The notes beneath the pieces are model-generated. The model saw only the letters and a program-made list of their open reading frames with translations. It did not search any database and was not told where the DNA came from. From NCBI GenBank assembly GCA_963770895.1, contig CAVYRF010000001.1:1344001-1408000 (forward strand): DNA of 64,000 nucleotides, read 5' to 3'. Below are positions 57,744 through 64,000 of this stretch, piece after piece (the first letter of the stretch is position 1; each line of letters opens with the position of its first letter). A program made the position numbers and the translations under genes. The stretch comes from an uncultured Acidobacteriota bacterium (GTDB taxonomy: Bacteria; Acidobacteriota; Thermoanaerobaculia; Multivoradales; UBA5704).

Positions 57744-58409
57744 ATGATCAACCTGCGCAACGTCGAGAAGTCCTATCCCATGGCGCACGGCGGCGCCACC
57801 TACGTCCTGCGCCGCATCAACATGGAGGTGCGGGAGGGCGAATTCGTCACCGTCATGGGGCCCTCGGGTTCCGGCAAGACGACGCTGCTGTCGATCCTCG
57901 GCATGCTCGATGCCGCCTGGGCCGGCGAATTCGAGCTGCTTGGCCAGCGCATCCACCTGCTCAAGCAGAAGCAGCGCGCGCAGCTGGCCAAGCAGCACAT
58001 CGGCTTCGTGTTCCAGGCCTACCACCTGCTCGACAGCCTGACGGTGGCGGAGAACCTCGACCTGCCGCTGTCCTACAAGGACATCAAGAAAGCCGACCGC
58101 CAGGCGCTGGTCGCCGATACCCTGGACCGCTTTCAGATCGTCGGCAAGAAGGATCTCTTTCCGTCGCAGCTGTCCGGCGGCCAGCAGCAGCTGGTCGGCG
58201 TCGCCAGGGCGGTGATCGGCGCCCCCAAGCTGCTGCTCGCCGACGAACCCACCGGCAACCTGCACACCTCGCAAGCCGAAGAGATCATGCAGCTGTTCAA
58301 GAAGCTCAACGACCAGGGCACCACCATCATTCAGGTCACCCACTCCGAGAAAAACGCCAGCTACGGCAACCGCATCATCCGCCTGCTCGACGGCTGGATC
58401 GTGGACTGA
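57744..58409 (+). CDS. ABC transporter ATP-binding protein (LolD/MacB-type)
   Basis: GPSGSGKTT, IGFVFQ, LSGGQQQ, LLADEPTGNL and VTH. Confidence 0.95.
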   Translation: MINLRNVEKSYPMAHGGATYVLRRINMEVREGEFVTVMGPSGSGKTTLLSILGMLDAAWAGEFELLGQRIHLLKQKQRAQLAKQHIGFVFQAYHLLDSLTVAENLDLPLSYKDIKKADRQALVADTLDRFQIVGKKDLFPSQLSGGQQQLVGVARAVIGAPKLLLADEPTGNLHTSQAEEIMQLFKKLNDQGTTIIQVTHSEKNASYGNRIIRLLDGWIVD

Positions 58410-58500
58410 AAGACCAGCGGCCTGTCCCAGACGGCGACGGCGGCATCGCTGGTACACTTCCGGGCGCCTCGCAACGTCGCTGCCCCAGGAGATCGTCGCC

Positions 58501-60309
58501 ATGAAAGGTTTTCTTGCGGTTCTGGTCTGCCTTGCCTGCCTGCTCTGCCTGATGCCGCCGCCGGCCCATGCCGCTGACGAGGCGGCCCGTCTGCACGCGC
58601 TGTTCGATCGCGAGTGGGAGGCGCGGCTGCGCCACGAGCCGCTGCTCGCCACCTCCGTCGGCAGGCATGAATATGACGCTTTGCTGCCTGACGAATCGTA
58701 CGACCAGCTGCAGAAGCGCCGCGACGAAAGCAAGCAGATGCTGGCCGAGCTGGCGGCCATCGATCGCTCCCAGCTGTCCGCCGACGACCAGGTGAATGCC
58801 GACATGTGGCGCTTCCAGCTGGAAGACCGCATCGCTCAGTTCGACTTCGGCACCTACCAGATGCCGTTCAACGCCGACTCGGGTTTCCATTCCGGCTTTG
58901 CGCGGCTGGGCGAAGAGATGCCGTTCGCCACGGTCAAGGACTACGACAACTACCTGCAGCGCCTGCGCGCCTGGCCGCGCCTGGTCGGTCAGGAGATCGA
59001 GCTGATGCGCATGGGAATCCGCCGCGGCTTCACCGTGCCGCGCGAAACCCTGACCGGCTACGATCACACGATCACCGCGCTGATCGTCGACGACCCGACG
59101 CAGAGCGTCTTTTACAAGCCGTTCGAGAAGTTCCCGCAGACTCTGGGCGAAGCCGACCGCGAGCGCTTGCGCGGGCAGGCGCGCAGCGTCATCCGGGACA
59201 GCGTAACCGCCGCCTACAGGACGTTCCTGGATTTCTATCAGCACGAATACCTGCCGCACGCGCGCGCCACCCTGGGCGCCTATGCGCTGCCCGACGGCCG
59301 CGCCTTTTACGCTCAGCAGATCCGCCACTTCACGACGCTCACCTTGTCGCCCGAGGAGATCCACAAGATCGGCCTGGCGGAGGTCGAGCGGATCACGGCG
59401 GAAATGCAGGCGGTGATCCGGCAGGTGGGTTTCAAGGGCGACATGGCGGCATTCATCCAGTTCCTGCGCACCGATCCCCGCTTCTATCCGAAGACCGGCG
59501 ATGAGCTGCTCAAGGACGCCGCCTGGATCGCCAAGCGCATCGACGGCAAGCTCCCGGCGTTTTTCAAAACCCTGCCGCGCCTGCCCTACACGGTGGTGCC
59601 GGTGCCCGAGCACCTGGCGCCCAAGTACACCGCGGGGCGCTACGTCGAGGCGCCTGCCGGCGGCACGCAGCCGGGCATCTATTGGGTCAACGTTTACAAA
59701 CCTGAAACGCGCGCCTTGTACAACCTGGAGGCGCTGACTCTGCACGAGGCGGTGCCCGGGCATCACCTGCAGATTGCCCGCAGCCAGGAGCTGGCCAACC
59801 TGCCTCCCTTCCGCCGCTACTCCTACATCTCCTCCTTCGGCGAGGGTTGGGGGCTGTACTCGGAGTGGTTGGGATTGGAGATGGGTTTTTACACCGATCC
59901 CTACAGCAATTTCGGCCGCCTGACCTACGAGATGTGGCGCGCCTGCCGCCTGGTGGTCGATACCGGCATCCACGCCATGGGCTGGACGCGCCAGCAATCG
60001 GTCGACTATCTGGCCTCGCATACGGCGCTGCCGCTCAACGAGGTCCAGACCGAAACCGACCGCTATATCTCGTGGCCCGCCCAGGCCCTGTCCTACAAGC
60101 TGGGCGAGCTGCGCATCAAGGCGCTGCGGCACAAGGCCGAGCAGGCGTTGGGCGGCGGCTTCGACGTCCGCGAATTCCACGACGTCGTGCTGGGCAGCGG
60201 CTCGGTGCCGCTCGCCGTGCTGGAACAGAACGTCGATCGCTACATCGCCCAGCGCCGGGCGGGCGGCAGCGGCGGCATCGCGGGCGCGGGCGACGCGACG
60301 GCCCAGTAA
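58501..60309 (+). CDS. Secreted DUF885-family putative metallopeptidase
   Basis: Signal peptide; LHEAVPGHHLQ, EGWGLYSE, RACRLVVDTGIH and RYISWPAQALSYKLG. Confidence 0.92.
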   Translation: MKGFLAVLVCLACLLCLMPPPAHAADEAARLHALFDREWEARLRHEPLLATSVGRHEYDALLPDESYDQLQKRRDESKQMLAELAAIDRSQLSADDQVNADMWRFQLEDRIAQFDFGTYQMPFNADSGFHSGFARLGEEMPFATVKDYDNYLQRLRAWPRLVGQEIELMRMGIRRGFTVPRETLTGYDHTITALIVDDPTQSVFYKPFEKFPQTLGEADRERLRGQARSVIRDSVTAAYRTFLDFYQHEYLPHARATLGAYALPDGRAFYAQQIRHFTTLTLSPEEIHKIGLAEVERITAEMQAVIRQVGFKGDMAAFIQFLRTDPRFYPKTGDELLKDAAWIAKRIDGKLPAFFKTLPRLPYTVVPVPEHLAPKYTAGRYVEAPAGGTQPGIYWVNVYKPETRALYNLEALTLHEAVPGHHLQIARSQELANLPPFRRYSYISSFGEGWGLYSEWLGLEMGFYTDPYSNFGRLTYEMWRACRLVVDTGIHAMGWTRQQSVDYLASHTALPLNEVQTETDRYISWPAQALSYKLGELRIKALRHKAEQALGGGFDVREFHDVVLGSGSVPLAVLEQNVDRYIAQRRAGGSGGIAGAGDATAQ

Positions 60310-60414
60310 CGATCAAAACCGGCAGGCAGTCGCCCCTCGTTCAGGAGTCGGTTGCTCCATCCACGCGTCGCGGCGGCACTCGGGCCGCCGCGACACGTTG
60401 CCTGGCGACGGGTC

Positions 60415-61476
60415 TTACGGGCAGGGGATCGCGCTGGTGTCGGCGGTGGTCGCCGTCAGCACGCCGTCGGTGTTGCCGTAGAAATAGGCGTCGCCGGTCG
60501 TGGTGTCCAGCACGTTGAGCGACCATCCCTGGTTGGTCAGGCCGCCGATGAACACCCACCAGAAGTTGTTCACGCCGCAGGCGTTGAGGACCTTGACGCC
60601 CATCTCGAAGTTGCTGGCGTCGGTGAAGTAGTAGAAGCCCGACTCGTCGCTTTCGGCGCGGGTGGCGCCGAACAGCAGCACCTGGCCGGCGCCGGCGCCG
60701 GTCGCCGTGTTGTCATAGGCGACGGTAACCTGGAAGCGCGCGCTGTCCAGGCACAGAGTGTTGGTGTTGCGGGTGCAGGTCGTCGCCGCCGGACAGGTCT
60801 GGCCAAAGCCGAACTCGCTGTAGCCGGTATTTTCCGGCGTGCCGCCGGCCGGCAGGGTACGCACGTCCTCGATGGCGGTGCCCTTGAGCAGGACCAGCGA
60901 CAGGTAATAGCAGCCGGTGGAAGCCGGGGTGAAGGGGAGGTTGCCGCTGTCGAAGTTGGCGATCTCGCTCTGCGCCGCAATGGTGCCGACGCTGATGCTG
61001 GCCAGGACCGTGCCGGTAAAGCTGCCGCTCGGAACGGTGGTGGTGGCCACCAGGTCCACGCTCAAGCCGGTGACGGCGGTGGTGTTTTCATTGATGAGGG
61101 CGCCCGCGCGCAGGACCGCCTGGCCGTTTTGCACCGTGGCGCTCACCGGGCCGCCGATGAAGAGGCCGGTGGTGGCGTCACGCGGCTGGCTGATCGCCAG
61201 CGCCTGACCGATCGCCGGCGCCTGGGCGGCGGCGTCCATTGCCGGGCGGAAGGGGACCAACGCCAGGCTCGGATCGGCCGGCATGGTGCCGCTGCTCTTG
61301 GAAAAAGCGGTGATCGACGGGGCGGACGCGGCGTCGGCGGCTGCTGCCGCTTGCGCCGCGGGCACCGACAGGGCCAGTGCCATCAGGGTGACGGCCAGCA
61401 CCGCGACTGGCAGGCGCAGGCGATTGCGTGACACGTTGCGGGGAGATGAAAGGAAGTTCGCTCGCGGGTAGGACAT
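60415..61476 (-). CDS. Secreted protein with C-terminal Cys-containing GRF/FWFF-type domain
   Basis: SD GGAGGAG and signal peptide. C-terminal LCLDSARFQV...SDESGFYYF....FEMGVKVLNAC...WWVF.GGLTN is homologous to the domains at 29.8-30.6 kb. Confidence 0.8.
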   Translation of the reverse strand: MSYPRANFLSSPRNVSRNRLRLPVAVLAVTLMALALSVPAAQAAAAADAASAPSITAFSKSSGTMPADPSLALVPFRPAMDAAAQAPAIGQALAISQPRDATTGLFIGGPVSATVQNGQAVLRAGALINENTTAVTGLSVDLVATTTVPSGSFTGTVLASISVGTIAAQSEIANFDSGNLPFTPASTGCYYLSLVLLKGTAIEDVRTLPAGGTPENTGYSEFGFGQTCPAATTCTRNTNTLCLDSARFQVTVAYDNTATGAGAGQVLLFGATRAESDESGFYYFTDASNFEMGVKVLNACGVNNFWWVFIGGLTNQGWSLNVLDTTTGDAYFYGNTDGVLTATTADTSAIPCP

Positions 61477-61634
61477 GGCAGTTTCTCCTCCAAATCGTTG
61501 GGGGTCCGTCGGCTCATAGAATTGTGGGCATTCGGACATGCTGCCGAAACGAGCGCGACCATCGCGCGCCGGCAGGCAGCACTTTGGAGCAACTGCAAAA
61601 CTCAAACCAGCGACTGCGGGAGCGAATCGGGCGG

Positions 61635-64000
61635 TCAGTTGCCTTCGCCGCCGGGCGGCGGATTGGGGGGAACCGCCGGCGGCTTGGAGCCGGTCGCAGG
61701 AGGGGCGCCGGGTTGCGGCATCTTCTCGCCCTCCTTGGGGATGTAGAAGGGCCGCTGCTGGTACCACGGCAGGGTGGTGATGGTCGACCAGCGGGCGCTG
61801 TATTCGCGCGCCGGCTCGGTGCCGGCGACGAATGCCTCTTTGATCACCTTGGCGCTGCCCGCGCCGGCGAGCAGGCCGGTGTAATACTCGATGTCGCGAA
61901 ACTCGACGTTGGGCGGCACCGCGAACGTCTCGCCCTTCTGGATCCAGCCGTTCTTCAGGCCGGCCTCGACGATGCCGCGCCACATGGGCAGCGCCGCGAC
62001 CGCGCCGCTCATTCCCTGGCCCAGCGACCGCTTGAGGTCGTAGCCGATCCAGGTGAGGATGGTGTAGCGCGGTGTGAAGCCGACGAACCAGGCGTCGGTG
62101 AAGTCGTCGGTGGTGCCGGTCTTGCCCGCGATGTCGAGCGGCAGGTCGTTGATGGCGAAGGCGGTGCCGCGATCGATGACGCCTTCCATCATGTGGGTCA
62201 GCACATAGGCGACCGCCGGATCGGTCGTAGTGTAGGCGGTGGGGAAGTGCTGCTCCAGCACCTGGCCGTCGTGCGACGAGATGCGCTCGATCATGTAGGG
62301 CTCGATGTGCGTCCCCTGGTTGGCGATCGCGGCGTACGAGGCGGCCAGCTCCAGCGGCACCAGGTCCGCCGAGCCCAGGGCGATGCTCGGCCAGGTGGGC
62401 AGCGGCGTGCGGATGCCGCAGCGATGCGCGAACGACACCACCTTGCCGCCGCCGACAAGGTCGAGCAGCTTGACCGCCGGCACGTTGATCGACTGTTCCA
62501 GCGCCCGCCGCAGGGTCACGATGCCGTAATGCTTGTGGTAATAGTTTTCGGGCCGGTAGCTCATCTTGCCGTCGGCGCCGATGAACGACGTCGGCGCGTC
62601 CAGCAGCGTGTCGGCCGCCGTCCAACCCTGCTCCAGCGCGGCGCCGTAGACAAATGGCTTGAACGCCGAGCCGACCTGGCGGCGCGCCTGGGTGATGCGG
62701 TTGAACTTGTTGCGCGCGAAATCCCAGCCGCCCACCATGGCGCGGATGGCGCCGGTGCGCGATTCGATCACCAGCCCCGCCGCCTCCATGCGCGGCTCCT
62801 GCTCGAGCATCAGCTGCAGCGGACCGGAGCCGGCGGCCGCTGCCGCTGCGTCCGCGCCGCCCGCGGCGTCGGCGGCCTTCTTGCCGCCCTTGGGCGGTTT
62901 CACCTCCGGCGCCTGAAAGCGGAACCAGGCGACGGTGCCGCGCTTGAGCAGGTCGCTGGGGTGGGCGTGGCCGGTCCACGCCATCCCCTTGGCGTCGAGG
63001 GCGAAGACCTGGCGGCCGATGCGTACCTGGGCGCTGGCGCGGTCGGCGGCCAGGACGATGCCGTGATACCAGCGGCCGGCGATCGGCTGGCCCTGATTGA
63101 ACGCCGCCGGCAGGTTCTGCTGCTCGATGGCCGCTTCGTCCAGCTGCGCGATCGGACCGCCCCAGCCGCGGCGGTGATCGATGTGCAGCAGGCCGGTGCG
63201 GACGGACTCTTCGGCGGCGCGCTGGATGCGCGGATCGAGCGAGGTCTGCACCAGCAGACCCCCTTCGTACAGCATGGTGGCGCCGTAGGTGGCTTCCAGG
63301 TACTTGCGCACCTCTTCGGCAAAATACGGCGCAAAGCTCTCTTCGGGCTGCTGCGACGCCACCAGCAGCGGCTGCGCCACCGCTTTTTGATACGCATCCT
63401 GGTCGATGTAGCGGTTTTCCAGCATGCGCCGCAGCACGCGGTTGCGCTGGCGCAGCACCATGTCCGGCTCGTGGTAGGGGCTGTAGCGGCTGGGCGCCGG
63501 GATGATGCCGATGAGCGTTGCCGCCTCGGCCAGGTTGAGCGCCTTGGCCGGCTTGCCGAAGTAGTAGCGGGACGCCGCCTCGATGCCGTAGTTGCCATGG
63601 CCGAGGTTGACCAGGTTCAGATAGAGGGTGATGATCTGCTGCTTGCTGAAATTCTTTTCCAGCTCGACCGCCACCAGCGACTCCTCGATCTTGCGCCGCC
63701 ACTTGCGCTCGCGCGTCAGGAAGAGGCTGCGGGCCAGCTGCATCGAGATCGTCGAGCCGCCTTCCTTCATGCGCCCGGCGCGCAGGTCGTCGAGCGCCGC
63801 CCGCGCGATGCCCAAGGCGTCGATGCCGCCATGCTGAAAGAAGTTGCTGTCTTCGGAGGCCAGCAGCGCCCGCTCCAGGAGCGGCGGAATCTCGCCCTCC
63901 TTGAGCATCATGCGCCGCTCGCGCGCAAAGCTCGAAAACACGCTGCCGTCGACGGCAAACAGCTGGGTCACCAGGCTGGGGGTGAACGAGGCCAGCGCCT
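61635..64000 (-). CDS. mrcA: Class A penicillin-binding protein 1A (5' end outside window)
   Basis: Transglycosylase motifs SEDSNFFQH, GGSTISMQLAR and RKIEE; transpeptidase motifs SAFK, SIN and KTG. Confidence 0.95.
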   Translation of the reverse strand, partial: ALASFTPSLVTQLFAVDGSVFSSFARERRMMLKEGEIPPLLERALLASEDSNFFQHGGIDALGIARAALDDLRAGRMKEGGSTISMQLARSLFLTRERKWRRKIEESLVAVELEKNFSKQQIITLYLNLVNLGHGNYGIEAASRYYFGKPAKALNLAEAATLIGIIPAPSRYSPYHEPDMVLRQRNRVLRRMLENRYIDQDAYQKAVAQPLLVASQQPEESFAPYFAEEVRKYLEATYGATMLYEGGLLVQTSLDPRIQRAAEESVRTGLLHIDHRRGWGGPIAQLDEAAIEQQNLPAAFNQGQPIAGRWYHGIVLAADRASAQVRIGRQVFALDAKGMAWTGHAHPSDLLKRGTVAWFRFQAPEVKPPKGGKKAADAAGGADAAAAAAGSGPLQLMLEQEPRMEAAGLVIESRTGAIRAMVGGWDFARNKFNRITQARRQVGSAFKPFVYGAALEQGWTAADTLLDAPTSFIGADGKMSYRPENYYHKHYGIVTLRRALEQSINVPAVKLLDLVGGGKVVSFAHRCGIRTPLPTWPSIALGSADLVPLELAASYAAIANQGTHIEPYMIERISSHDGQVLEQHFPTAYTTTDPAVAYVLTHMMEGVIDRGTAFAINDLPLDIAGKTGTTDDFTDAWFVGFTPRYTILTWIGYDLKRSLGQGMSGAVAALPMWRGIVEAGLKNGWIQKGETFAVPPNVEFRDIEYYTGLLAGAGSAKVIKEAFVAGTEPAREYSARWSTITTLPWYQQRPFYIPKEGEKMPQPGAPPATGSKPPAVPPNPPPGGEGN

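Noticed and set aside
60415-63702. 1095-aa ORF in the track
   Set aside because: The upstream ~740 aa is an alternative frame of PBP1A. The real gene starts at 61476 after an SD and has a signal peptide.

Overview
This is a high-GC bacterial chromosomal window. A repeated secreted-protein domain (GRF...SGLFWFF...NWEMLVK..DGC...FWVF) suggests Acidobacteriota, probably Thermoanaerobaculia; this assignment is from recall and is unchecked. The housekeeping backbone comprises msrA, psd-pssA-asd-like, tsaB-rimI/mutS-nagZ, an mdtABC plus outer-membrane-factor RND operon, ssb/dtd, HU, and TPR-LolB-like-spoVG-tRNA-Gln-prs-rplY-pth, followed by rpsF-rpsR-rplI and PBP1A. No CRISPR array, integrase or transposase was seen. 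The accessory inserts are the most interesting part. (1) At 1.6-4.3 kb a secreted propeptide-like gene ending in a Cys-loop, a zinc-finger/TPR protein and an XRE-HTH gene resemble a peptide-sensing (RRNPP-like) module. (2) At 17-21 kb an exported TPR protein appears to have lost its CHAT domain and is followed by a papain/C39-like protease and a partner gene. (3) Three copies of a ~168-bp palindromic element with a conserved core and co-varying outer stems sit at gene 3' ends. (4) There is an orphan lanthipeptide-like precursor and a secreted 14-Cys mini-protein. (5) A LolB-like lipoprotein apparently starts at CTG. (6) Several promoters look leaderless, and many conserved proteins carry low-complexity insertions.
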